DNA of 64,000 bases from Ramazzottius varieornatus (taxonomy: Eukaryota; Animalia; Tardigrada). Each line of letters begins with the position of its first letter. The first letter of the stretch is position 1. Below are positions 26,555 through 39,414 of the stretch, one piece after another. The notes under the pieces are model-generated. The model worked only from the letters and a program-made list of their open reading frames with translations. It did no database searches and had not been told where the DNA came from. The stretch is taken from NCBI GenBank assembly GCA_001949185.1, contig BDGG01000001.1, positions 8,812,721 to 8,876,720 of the forward strand, read 5' to 3'. The position numbers and the translations under genes were made by a program.

Positions 26555-28255
26555 ATGGCGAACGCCAACATGTTGTTGATATTTGTTTATTCTATGACCA
26601 GATTATGCCTGGGTATCCTGTACCCAGCCTATGCCTCCTACAAAGCCATCCGCATGAAGTCCCCCAAAGACTACGTCAAATGGATGATGTACTGGGTCGT
26701 CTTTTCCCTCTTCACCGCAGTGGAAACCTTCACCGATGTCTTTCTCGCCTTCTGGTAAGTAAACTCCTGCCAGAAGTCTCGTTCTTCTGTCGTTTTCCTT
26801 GAAAATCGATTAACCTTCCAAAACCTTTACTTAACCGCAAGATCACCTATCACGATCAATACTTGCTCGTGGAGGCGATAAAAACCCCTATTGATTATTT
26901 TCGCCCTCGACAAAACCAAATAGAAGCACAAATGGGTAGCTGCGGCCCATTCCCAGTACAACCGACCTCTGACCAAATTGTTCAGGAAACCAGTTCTAAG
27001 TTTTAGGACCCCAAGGGCAAAGTTGAAATGCCAACGCTGTCTTACGTAGCAGACATCGTGGAACACGATGGCGAAGTCCATTTGGCCGTCTGACCAGTCG
27101 TCAGATGGCTACGTCGGATAAGTCTGAAGGGGTTTGAATTTTTCACTCAGAAAGTTTTGAAGTTAGGATGACGTCATGAAAATGCGCAGGTAGTCGTTCT
27201 GGCATCCAAGCCCCTGGAAGGGGTTTCAGTTAGTGGTTACCCCTGAAATTTTCCAGAGTGTCTTCCCAGAAGGGCGAACATTCTTCGGAGACTTTGAACA
27301 ACGGCGAGGTGCGGCAAACTTACCGCACGATGCCCTTGATATTCCCAATGACTTCAAGTCAAAAAACGCTACTTCGGAAGCAAAATTGATTGTACTGGGA
27401 ATGGGCCGCAGCTACCCAAATGGTTTTGTTTTGCAAAAAGCACGTCGAACGCGAGGTTCGAACTGAGGTTACCATTCGAAGTACCATTGCGCGACTTATT
27501 CCTGCTGAGTCATACAGTGGTCGCTGGTTAGTGAACGAATGCCGTGCTGGGTCTGTATGGGGGGGGGGGCAACGGTTCGATTCTGATCTTTCGTCTTTTT
27601 CTTGAAAATCCTGTTCCATGTGGCGCACGTCTTTTCAAGCCAGTAAAGCCGAGAAAGTGCGTTACTTGGGAAAACCAATCTGGTCGAGCTTGTTTCTCCG
27701 AGTGGCGCAGTCCTTCAGCCAAGACTAGCGAGAAGATCCGCCGCTCAGGAAAAGATCTTTTCGAGTTTGTCTGCCCAGCTTCCATCTAACTTTATTCCTC
27801 GCAGGTTTCCGTTCTATTACGAGATTAAGATTCTGATCGTTCTTTGGCTGATGATGCCAGCTACGCGTGGCTCAAGCATCCTGTACCGCAAGTTTGTCCA
27901 CCCTCTGCTGGTGGAGAACGAGCAACACCTGGACGCCTACATTGAGCGCGCCAAGTTGGACAGTTACAGCGTTTTCAAGGAGGTCTCCGGCTTCGCGCTG
28001 CAATACATGGCCCGCTTCGTCGTTCAAGGTACGGCAGCTCTGCAGAATGTGGCGCACCGAAGCGCCACAAGCCTTCATGCTCGCAACAAGCCGGCTATCG
28101 CTGAACAGGCCGCCGTTCAACCCAGCGAGTCTGTCCCACAAGTCAAAGTCAAGCAGAGTCGCAGCGAACCCAGCGTCAGTGATGAAGATGTGCAGATTGT
28201 CGATCCGGTCACTCGTCCACGACGAGGAAGAAAGCCTAAAGCAAGCGACGATTGA
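26555..28255 (+). CDS. REEP: Receptor expression-enhancing protein (REEP1-4/TB2-DP1 family)
   Basis: [19 protein letters not shown]|[20 protein letters not shown]; intron about 26756-27804. Confidence 0.92.
26934..27417. mobile_element. Non-autonomous TIR element in REEP intron 1 (484 bp)
   Basis: Perfect 28-bp TIR GGGTAGCTGCGGCCCATTCCCAGTACAA at both ends; AAAT direct repeat on both flanks (4-bp TSD). Confidence 0.85.
27617..27747. repeat. N25 element, 2 units (REEP intron; first spacer 28 nt)
   Basis: Left arms at 27617 and 27699. Confidence 0.75.
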
Positions 28256-28604
28256 TCAACAAAGCTTTTGGTATTACATCCTCCTTTACGAAGTAAAAGA
28301 TTTTGCTTTTTTTCCGGAAGTTTCTGCTATGACTTCTCTGAACGATATTTTTTCCGTACTTTTTGATCGAAGACTATCCAAAGCCTTTCAGTTCTTTCGG
28401 ACCTTATTCTTATTGGAAAGTTACTAGGATATCTGTACTCGTACGAGTACCTACGTTTAATATTCCGCAAGTGTTCCTGGAAGTGAGCCAAAGCATCGAA
28501 TGATAGAGCTGCGCTTGTTATGAAGTGAGCTTGTTCAAGTTGTTGGTTATGTCAGGATAGCCAGCTCAAAAGAGAGGTTACAACCCACAACTTCAACTGA
28601 GAAG

Positions 28605-29430
28605 TTAGCAGAACGGATATTGTTCTTCTACCATGGGGTCCGGATGCGATTTGGTGTTCTCGTCAATCCACGGGGCCAAATCGGCAACACCGACAAGCGG
28701 AGTGGTGTCGGCATAGGGGAAAGGTGCTGACATTCCCGTTTGGAAGCCGGCGATATACTCCCCGCTGGGACAGTCCATGAAGTAGAGGGCACCTGAATCC
28801 GTCTCGTCCACTCTTGCTACCAACCGTTCCCACGTCTGACCACAGAAGGCCAATGCCGACCAGGGCAAACTTTATCGCAGTAAGTCGAATGTCGTTGATT
28901 TAGTCCACACTGCATAGGGAGTTTGCGTTTCCGGAGAGTTGGTTTCGAACAAGTGTCTTTTGGACCGTGGAGTCGTGGATAGGTGTCTCTCGAGGAAGTG
29001 GGCTTGCTGATGCCTCCCCACGAGCACACGTGCACTAGCGGTGTCTATTGGTGCCTTTTTTCCACCTTAGAGCCTCTCGGAAACACGATTTTCCACCTTT
29101 CCACCCTAGACAACGAAGGTGCCTTCCGCAAGGTGGAAAAGGTGCATTAAAAATACTGCAGGGTGCCTTTGATATAGTTGATTGAATTTCTAGTCATGAT
29201 TACTCGGAACGCAAAAGTCTAGCGCGAGTCCGACTCGATCAGGCGTGATTGGAATGTAAAGCAAGCTCGTGCACTAGGGTCCACTGTGCTGCTGTGATTC
29301 AGTAGTTTTGAGTGTTGACTGGTTGTGGGCTGTGGATCTGCAGGGGAACAAGTTAGATCTGATCAGCGGCAGGGACGCGTTGAGCAGTGGGCCGCTGGAG
29401 CCCGGCCCACTCGGATTCCGAAAAGCTGGC
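28605..29430 (-). pseudogene. Frameshifted trypsin-like protease pseudogene
   Basis: PAAHC (~29385), HELAL, HVCSWGG..LRKRKLP and TDSGALY..YIAGF..LAPWI lie in different frames with stops. Confidence 0.45.
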
Positions 29431-29699
29431 TAACCGACCAGCTTTTTCTTCGCCCCTCTATTACGAGTACCTAGGCATTCTCCTGTTTCAGGGGGAGTTA
29501 TCGAGCATTCCGGCTTTTCTAAGAGACAATCAGATACGGGAGAGGGGGAGCGCTTCCGTGTAAAGTTTCCGTATGTCGGAGCAATAGTCTCGTCAGAGCA
29601 ATGGTCAAATTCACCGGCGTGCAAAGCGAAGAAAAACCGCAAAACAGCGTCCCTGTGGATCCGCAAATACGATTATGGTTTCGCAGCGTTCTATCTCGA

Positions 29700-32600
29700 T
29701 TCGTGTGTTCGGTCAAGAGCCAACGATTATTAGAGTTGTTGAGGCCTACGAAGCGATAGCTTTCTCAAACGGCGACTTGCAGCGCTCGTCGATAAAAATA
29801 TAAGAAAATGGCACAGAGACTCACTTTTTAAGGCTGTTTTTTCAAAGTAGTCAGGCTGGTCAGTTGAGCCTTTGTTAGTTGGTTATTGAATTGCCTTTCT
29901 CTTCACTGTGCCCTCTGCAGTAAAAACTGTCAATTGTACGCCAGGATGTATTGAGCTAGGAAGATATGCAGAGCGATTCTTGGTAGCGACATTGCAAAAA
30001 CAAAGCAGCCGATGTGCAAGTTTAGGTATGTCTCGCGCATGGCGAGGTGTCGCGCTTGCCTCTCAGGTATATTGCGTCTGCACAATGTGCGTATCGGAAC
30101 CGCGAAGAGTTGTATGCTTTATCGTGTTAATTGCAATGCCTTCAACAGTTGAGCAGCTCATGCGGTGGCATCCTCATCGAATGCATGCTTACAGCAAAAA
30201 AATCTGTCAATGGAGGAACAAGTTCTGTCTTGGTTTTCGCCGCTGCAATCTTTCTTGAGTCAAGAGCCACTTGAAATATTTGTCAAACTCGTGAATGGAC
30301 TGAACACAGGATTGCTCTTTGCGGTAAAAGTATTTTTTAGTGTACGCTGTTGTCTCTTACATGCTAACCTCTTCTCACAACTTAGTCTAATCAAGTCCTT
30401 CTTACATCTCTCGACCGCCAAACATTGCAATCTATTTACAATCATTACATCTGCTACATCGGACAAAAGCGTTGAAGAGTTAGACAAAGCTTCATGTGGG
30501 TACTGCCGGTACCAACAAAGGCTGTAAATCTCAACGGCCACAAAAACCAACAGCTAACCAATCAACGCCTGGATGTTTTCTGTCACCAGTTGTTCTCTAG
30601 GAAAAACCACAGAAAGAGCTGCTTCCGAGCGGACCCAACCAGGTTCATGATTTCATATCTCGTAAACTACGAAAGCAGACGCACGAGTGGTAACCAAATT
30701 TGTCCCAAGCTTGGTGTCGGTACGAGGTAAACGACATGATTCGAGCATATCGATTTTCGCACCGTAATTCGGGTAACGCGAAAGGTTTGAACATTATCTT
30801 CAACGCTCGATTCATCCCTCATCGTACGTGTGTTGATAGAACAGTAGGCTTTTCAACATTGGACAGACCCATCTCTATTCCAGGCTAAATTCCCGTAATC
30901 TGCAACGCTTTCCCGTTCTCAAACGTATTGAAACCTCGAGGAGAGGGATCAGTCTACCTCAGGAAACAAGAAGCGGTTCATTACGCGCAGCAGGAGCTGA
31001 GAAAAGATATGCCCGAATTACGAATGAAAAACCCCTATGCCTGAATTATGTTGTTTACCTCGTAGAGGAAACTGTCATCAAGGTTTCAGTTTTTTCTGAA
31101 CGGATACTGGATATGGACCTCGAGTAAAAAGATGAAACCCACAATACCACCAAAATCGCCCGAAATAGTAGAAAATTTTTCTAACGTGCTGGAGTTACGC
31201 TGACCAATTTTCATCATCTGCGTTTTGGGGATAAGACCGCATACCATGAAACAAAAAATTCCGATCCAGAGCGAGCAGAATGGAAATTGTGAGTAAAGAA
31301 AACGTGCGGTTCTGTGCTCCGAATGAGCACGGTGGTAATCAGAGGGTTAAGACTGTTTTGCCTAGGTGTTACATTGAAGATACCTTGCGATCGTGACTAC
31401 GAAACCCATCTTTCGAACGAAACTTTCTCACATGTTCTATGTTTTCATCAGGCACACCCCAGCGGTATGACGTGTGTAACTGTGTATTGTCACCGCAGAC
31501 TCATGAATGGGGGCAAACATCATCCCCATGCCGGGTGTTGAACGAGGCCGTGTATTTGGGTGCGGACCTGCACTAGCGCCCGGCCCTAGGGTGCCGCGTC
31601 TAATATCGTATATCGAATGGAAAAACTGATTCCATTAACTTTTTTCCTAATATCAATTCCGTTTTGTTGTTTCCTGCCTGCATGTATAAATTCCATCCGA
31701 GTATGTCATATTTCATCATTTACCTCCAAAGCGTTATCCGGAGACATCTCTCTGCCCGGCTCTGCCGGGCTAGCTAGGCCCAGCCCGACAAGCCAGGCCC
31801 AGCGCAACCCAGCCTGGGGATCCAGTATTCCGTGGTTTTACTGCGGGAACACTCAACACTGTGCAGTCATTACACGAACGAAGTCGAGGTTTGGACTTGG
31901 AGTCTGTTTATCTGGAGGCCCTCGGACCATAGGAAGGGAGTGCCGGGCTGATTCAGCAACCCCTCAACTCGGAGCTGCTTCCGCCCTCCGGGCTAAGCCC
32001 GTTAGCCACCCCCTCCTATTCGGAAAACAAATTTTTAGCCGATTCAGAAACAACGTCGAAAATTAAACCGCTATACATCACAACTGTTACTCAACCAAAT
32101 TCATTAAGCTGCGAAACTGGAACAAACGCTGAACTTCCGTGCGGAAATGTAACTAGAGAGAGATTCCTGGATGTAATTTCGTTGTTTTGTTTGCTGTCTA
32201 TGAAGTCACTGCCCGTAAATACGCGTTCAGACTTTCCCAAGGTTGCAGGGGCGGACGTGATCTTCAGAAGCAGCCTAGAAAGTCTAGTGTCAGAGGAACT
32301 AACACGAGAAATCATCAAGTCAGAATACTGGTAGGCAGTGGTTGCACCAACTGCCCATGTATACGGCGCGCACATGGGCTCACTTATATAGTAGACATGC
32401 AGGTTTGGCCTGTATTCATGTGTACGCACCCAAATCGATGCGCTCTTCGTCTCTGCCAAGAACCGAGCGCAATTGTAGGGAAGGCGGACTGTGCTAGGTT
32501 AATTTTTCGAGTTTTCTGCTCTACTTTCGGTATGTACCGGCAAGCTTGAATGGCCGGTAGTACCGAGTAAATACCTGAAATACCTTTCATAAGGTATCGT

Positions 32601-33300
32601 TATCGAATCTGAGTACTCGGTAAAGTATCGTTACTCCGAAATCGGTACCAGTTACAAGTATTACCGGGTAATACCGATACCTCGTTCAACTCTGAATCTC
32701 GGCACACAGGGGAGGATTAACCCATAAGGCTGGCGAGGCTCAGCCTGTCCTCAAGTTCCAATTCCCAGCCTCGACAGGCTGGTTTTCGTGCTGCGGAGAA
32801 ACAAGCTAAAATATCAGCCTCACGAAAAGTTTTGGTACCGAGCGTTTTTCTACATCTTTTGAGCGTTAGAGCAGGCGTCAAGCAGACTTTTACTTGTAAT
32901 CTCGTGGGGGATAAAATGTCGTTTCATCACGGAGAGGAATCGCAGCTCGCACAGGCATGCAGTTCGAGCAGCAATATTACAGCGTGACTTCCTTGTTGCA
33001 AAATTACTATCAAACGTCGACATGTGCGCATGGGGACCTTGAAATACTTCTTCACTTTATTCGAAAAACGGCCAGGACCCGAAAGTGAGGCGTCGCTGTT
33101 TCCGGGCAATATTTCCTTGTACCTTTTTTCCTCTTTCCTTTTTTATGTTTCTTTTCTCGCTACGATTTTCGCCATTTTTATTTTATGCATTCTACCTGTT
33201 TTGACTAGGTTTTTATACCATCATTTTTCTTACACTACTTTTAGTCTGCCCAATTTATAATAAAACTGTAAAAACCATACTTCTAACGTCGCAAAATAGA
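29700..33300. mobile_element. Gene-free tract of decayed transposon fragments (hAT-like)
   Basis: Minus-strand M..NRLQCLAV near 30400-30450 resembles the hAT dimerisation motif; GTATCG/GATACC-rich stretch ending CAACTCTG at about 32560-32694. No spliced gene found. Confidence 0.3.
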
Positions 33301-33589
33301 AACTATGGTATCTTTATACACTTCTTCAACGCTTTCAGGCAATAGCACACGGGCATGAGTGGCATCCCGCGTTTGTCCGGGCCGACCGGACCAAGCGCCT
33401 GGAAAGTTCGCGGCCAGTCCGAACCGAATTGGTTTCGAAGTGGATACTGGATACTCTACTGCCTTTTGTTTTGATCGCGTTTCTTGCCTTTTCTAAGTTT
33501 TCTTCATCGACTGAACTCGAACCCTGCTTTTGGCATGACTTACGGGACTGACAGCAGGGGAGAAAGACGTGGCTCTGGGACAAAACGGC

Positions 33590-35136
33590 ATGGCAGAGGG
33601 AACGTCATCTGTTGCGGACAGGAAGTTCCGTCCTCGTTGGACATCGGACATCGCCAAGACAGTCGAGCAGCTCCAGCCAGAGAAACTCCGGGAACGGGCC
33701 TCTTTGATTGAGATCGTCGGCTCCCAGCCGTCTTCGTCCGCTTATGCCTGGTATTTTCGCGGATACGAGCGCTTGGATGTCCACCGGACCATGATCAACG
33801 ACGCCATCCGAACAGGCAAGCGAAATTTCACGTTTCCACCGTACGTTGAAACACGCGCATGACGTCACGGTATTACGGTTAATTTGTATAATAGTTCATT
33901 GTTTCATGGGTGAGTTTTCTCGGATTGTGAACTTCCAGTTAAATTTTTTTTAGGTTCGTATTTGATGGCGATCTGCCGCAATCACCACGTTCTCAAAAAC
34001 AAAACTATTCTGGATGTCGGGACCGGTATTGGTATACTCTCCATCTTCGCCGTGAAAGACGGTCTAGCCAAACGAGCCATCGCTGTGGATGCTTCAGGGA
34101 TAGCTGAAGAAGCCGAACTTCTGGTGAAAAGCTGCGGCCTCGACGAAAAGATTACCGTCATCCGCGATCGGATTGAAGACTTGACGGAACTGCCGGATGA
34201 CATTCGTGAAGTCGATGTAATCGTGTCCGAATGGATGGGTTACTCGCTCTTCAACGAGTCGATGCTGAATTCGGTCATCACGGCCAGGAAAAGATTCCTG
34301 AAGGATGGAGGCTTTATGATACCTGATACAGCTGTGCTGAGGATGATCGGCTCGTCGGCGGTTCGCCCCTTCCCTGCTCGCAACTACGGTAGTCTCATCA
34401 GTAGTTCGGATGGCTAAACTTATGATCGACAGAACTGTGAGCCCTGAATGTTGTGTCTTTTGCAGAAACCAAAATGAAGGCAGCTTTCGCGGAAGCGAAT
34501 ATCAAGGTCGATTTGGAACGCTCCGTTCTGTGTTACGACCAGCTGTGCACAAACATGGTGATCAAACCTAAAGACGTCCTTACTAATGCCGTCGACATCA
34601 AGGTAAACGAGACAAGGCTCTTTGTGGAAGCAAACGGAAGCCTGGCAAATTAACTTCACAAAATCGGTTTTCCTCGTGGGCCGTAGTGGCGCACGCTTTC
34701 AGCCAGTTTGCGTGCCGAGCATGCAGTTGTCGAAGTCTGTTTATTTATTACTGCCGGTATTATCTTTCAGGTGGTGGATATGTACAGGATCCAGCCGGAC
34801 GAAGTGAAGGTGGACAGTCAATTCATGATGGAATGTAACGGCCACGGGTTCCTGCGCAGTTTCGTCATTTTTTTCGACGTCCTCTTCGACCTACCGAATT
34901 CCTGGATGTTTTCTACGAGTCCCGAATCTCCGCGAACGCACTGGGGCCAAACAGTTTGTGCCTTGGCTCCGGACGAGCACATCGAAGTGTGGCGTGGTAC
35001 CACCATCTTTGGAAGGATTCGCATGACCAGTATGAGTGCTTTCCCGCGATGCTGGACGATTCACTGCGATTACACCGTCAAGTTCCAGAAGAAATCCGAC
35101 GTTGCCAGCCGAAGCCGGGTTTTTTATCTTTTGTAG
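33590..35136 (+). CDS. Type I protein arginine methyltransferase (PRMT1/3/8-like)
   Basis: YF..Y..H..M..D.IRT, ILDVGTGIGILS, VDVIVSEWMGY..ESM (double-E loop), THWGQ. Confidence 0.9.
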
Positions 35137-35428
35137 TCATTTCCCTACTCGTAGGCCCTTTCCGACACGCGAGAGAACCAGATTCGATGAAATCGCAATA
35201 TACAACCGCAAATTCAGGAAGTTCTACGATACTGATAAAACGGAAAATAACAAGATTTTGAGATTAGAAAGTAGGCCTCTAAGGTAGGTAACGCAGGAGA
35301 GCACAAGTCAGTGCTACGACCAGTTGAGTCAGAGCCGGAAGTCGCAAGAAAACCTGAAGAATTCGAACAAAAAATGTCTTATCAGACACATAATTGGAAT
35401 GTTAAATCATGTCTGCTTGGTTAGGAAT

Positions 35429-36042
35429 CTATTTGGTCGGGCTTTCGTTTCTAAAAGCAGGAGAATTCAGCTTCATGGCAGCTGTGCGATTGTGAAGTTC
35501 GTAAGAAGCTTGAAGGGTGTCGTTGACGATCCGCATGTCTCTTTCGATGCTCCTGGCCCAATTCTCCACGTCGCCCAACTCTTTCAGTGCGCCGTTGAAG
35601 TTATCGGCAATCTGCAGCCATGCGTGGCTTTGCTGGGTAAACCTGTTGACTCTTGCTTGCAGAGCTTTCGCTTCGGCGTCGATCTTTCGCTGGTTCACGT
35701 ATGCTTGGGATACGCTGCGGATGAAACAATTAATTATTAGCACCAAACTGTTCGCATCAACTGGCACATGACGTAATCGTCACTTGATCAGCCCAGTCGA
35801 AACTGATCGAACAAGAATGGATACTTACGAAGTATTTAGGTTTCGAACCAGAGTCTTAGTCAGCTCTTCGGCAACGTCCATGGCTTCTTTCCTCTTTCGC
35901 TCTGTCGTACAGCGAAACTTAGTCATTTTGAATGAATAATCTCCAAATACTGGACGGGCCAATGAGGTAGGCCTCACTTACCACAAACCTCCTTGTGGAA
36001 CTTCTGTCTCGCCTGGTGGTCTTTCGCGATCGTGCTCAGCAT
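35429..36042 (-). CDS. BLOC1S1: BLOC-1 subunit 1 (GCN5L1)
   Basis: MLSTIAKDHQARQ..; VSQAYVNQRKID; FNGALKELGDVENWARSIE; 3 exons. Confidence 0.92.
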
Positions 36043-36748
36043 TTTGGATTAGGAAAAGATAGCCACGACTCAGCTGTGATAGCTACTTGTGTCGCTAATG
36101 GTTAGAAAGTTCGATGAGAGGACTTCTCGGTGCGAGTCTGCGACGAGCAAATGGCGTTCCGTAGATCGTGCCCAGGCTGTCCGTTTATACAGTGACGAGT
36201 AGCTCCACTTTGTCCAGGTGTATCAGCTGTTCAAAATCCTCCTCTCATACGATCCAGCTCGCGTTCACAAACGACAGATAGAAGCTCGATACTCTGGAGT
36301 CTGGGGAACAGGACGTTCGTTTGATTATGAATTCTGTTATCTTACTATGTCAGCGCGATTTATGATATCCAAGTGGTCATATTATGTCATGTCATGTTAT
36401 ATCATGTCAGAATTTATTTTCTCTTTCTTCGATTTTAAGTTTGCGTGCTATCGAATATCGATTGAGGTCGAGGACTACGAGAAGAACCATGTGCTGGGAC
36501 ATGATCGTCGTCAGCTGCTAGGAGAACCTGTGGGAACGCTGATCCGTCGTCGGATATCTTCGGAAGCTCACCATTTCAAGGCTCAGCGGAAAAGACAGAA
36601 AGCAGCAGGTCAGTAGCCCATGTTTTTTCTCATTGTTTTTCCCATGGTGTTTCAATCTGATCTATCATGCTTACTCATAGACCACAGCAGGCATCTCCGG
36701 CCTCACAAAGGTGCTGTATGACCCGGAGAAGCTACACTAAACTGAGCG

Positions 36749-38883
36749 ATGACGGCGTTGAGCTTCTTCGGTTGCGCGCTGACTGCCTTCGGGCCTTCTC
36801 TTTCCTTTTTCATCATCTTCATCGCGCGAGATCCCATTCGTGTAATCATCCTCATCGCGTCGTGAGTTGTTCTTCCGAGAATATCGGAGAAATTTTTCTT
36901 GGGTGCTCACTGGAACTGTCAAGAGTCAGAGCACGAAGAGCATTCTGCCTGACAATGACATCGTGCATAATATACACGTTATCCGTATGACGTGACATGA
37001 CATGACATTACGGGACACCACATTATCTCGTGACATACTTACTTTAGTCCTTTACACGCACGAGATATTACGGGCCAGGCGGGAAAGGCGGCAAATTTAC
37101 AATTTGTATTGAAGTCAGAAACAGAAATCGAAAAAAGAACGCAACGTAGTAAAATTCAACCGTAGAAAATTGTCATGGACGGTGGCCATCAGCTGATCAG
37201 CTGTATTACTCTAACGCTTCCATGCTGCTGTCGACTTTCTCCCGGAGGCCGGAGAAGCCTTGGAATAGTTTAAACTGTTAAAGGTATAGTGAAGATCTGA
37301 CTGCGATAACATTATCAATATTATGACAAGCTATAGCTCCTCGGCCCACTATCCAGCACGCAGGTACAGCAGTGCAGCCTTCGATGTGGTTTTTACTTGA
37401 AGCAAGAATCACCTGCCCGTGCCGCTGTAGCGAAAAGGCCTGGTCCGTAATTTTTACTGGCCCGTAATATCTCGTCGTGCGTGTACCCGATATCTGAAAT
37501 TCTGAACAACAATTTTCTTCAGTCTCTTGTTGTCTTTGCAGAGGGTTCTTCTGGTTGGTTTCCCTTCTTATTTCATCCGGACTATGGAGAGCTTTCATAC
37601 CGCTACAGGATAAACTGGCCTTCGGGCTGGCTGTATCCGTTGTCCTCCAAGAGCTATTCCGCTTCGGTTTCTACTTGACGATGCGGTAAGTGCAGGAAAC
37701 CTGGTTCATACAACGGAAGTACTTGCGGTTCGGCAAAGGCTTCGGAATCACAGTACACTGCGTACAGTACATTACCAGTTCTTGCTCACTCTTTTGACAG
37801 AAAAGCTGAAGCGGGCTTGCAGATGGTCAGTCATGACGAGATGTACAAAGATCACAACATCGCCAAAGCTCGCCATACTCTAGCTCTAGGTGAGAAAGAA
37901 TGCGGACAGGATATTACTTTTGGCCTGTTGTATTTTGTCTTGCACAGTTTTGCTAAATTTAGTTCTCCACAGTTTCAGGCTTTGGTTACGGGCTCATCGG
38001 TGGCGCGTTCACCTTGGTCAACGTCTTGGCCGATACGCTCGGGCCAGGAACTTTGGGGTTGATTACGGATAACGACCATTACTTCTTCTTCACTTCCGGT
38101 AAGTTTCGCCCACTGTTCGCTCCAACCTCGCATAGTACGACAAGAAAGAACCTCCCATTTTGTGGTTGATGTGCTTCTGTTCCGTAGCGTATCTGACGTT
38201 ATGCTTCGTGTTTCTGCACACCTTCTGGAGTGTCATCTTCTTTTACGCTTGCGATGCCAAGAAATACTACCTCATCGCCGCCGTCGTTCTGTCGCATCTC
38301 GCAGCCTCCTCTGTCGTAAGTTTAATGGGAATCATACTGGTTCCGTGCTCGAATGGGGAAAAGATTTGAAGAGGCGGAACAGAAATTATGACGACAGCTG
38401 TGTGGGAAAAATGGGAGTTTGGCACAAGTCGACAAAATGTTTCTTAAGTGGCGCACCTTATCAGTGTTATCAGCAGGCAGCGTGCGCCACTTCGTGAGAT
38501 AACCTTGTCGAGTTGCCGAGTGGCGCATGTTATCAGTGTTTTGTGTAGGTAGCGTGCGCCACGTGGAAAGATGATCTCGTCCAGTTTGTTTGCCGAGCTC
38601 CCAAACATGATAAGAGTCTAAAATAGCATTCGGTTTCATCAACGCTGTACTGCTAACACGTCTCGGTATCTGGTAGACTCTGCTGAACAGCCAGAAGCTG
38701 TATGCCGCAAGCTTGGGAACGACGACGGTGATGCTCATTGCCTCGGCCATCATGGCCTTTGTCATCTGCAACGGCAGTCTCCGCAACTGGAGGACGGCCC
38801 TTCGCCTCAAGAGCTCGCCGCGTCCTCTGGCGCATGTGGTGGAGGACAGTAGCATCCAACAGATAAACACGCTATCAACATAG
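36749..38883 (+). CDS. APH1: Gamma-secretase subunit Aph-1
   Basis: MTALSFFGCALTAFGP, DPIRVIILIAS, GFFWLVSLL, LQELFRF, GFGFGYG, GPGTLG, LHTFW. Confidence 0.93.
38445..38600. repeat. N25 element, 2 units (Aph-1 last intron)
   Basis: Left arms at 38445 and 38517; right terminus GTTTGTTTGCCGAGCTC. Confidence 0.9.
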
Positions 38884-39414
38884 AATATTGAACGAACTAG
38901 CGGGTGTCTCGTCGCCGAGTCGTTGGATGGATCAACGTGTTCTGTTAGTTGAGTATTTCTTCGCAAAATCCATTATTTTCTATAGTACGTACATCCGCAC
39001 ATGAAATCGGTCCATTTTCCCGCACTGTTCTGATCTCATTCTTATTGTTGGTTCTTTGCACACAGCAGCCACGCTCTAACTCCTTCTATAGGCGCAACTT
39101 CGGATTTTCATTAAGTAAAGTGTGCAGTAAAACTACAGATCACAAAGAACAGCAAGTATCTTTTGCCTTTCGCAGTAAAATGCTTTGGAGAAAGCAAAAC
39201 GTAAAAACCTTCTTCAAAATGAATATATGGAAAACCAAGTGGAAAAACTACTGTAAAAGCAGTACCGATGCCATGACCGAAGACGGTTCAACCATTTAAC
39301 TCCATGCGAAGGACAAATTCAACCTGCAATTAAAACCTTCGAAACGTAAAACTGTTTCCGTACAAGGCGACCTGAGAATTCTTCGGACTTCCCTTTTCGT
39401 CACGGTGATGGCCT

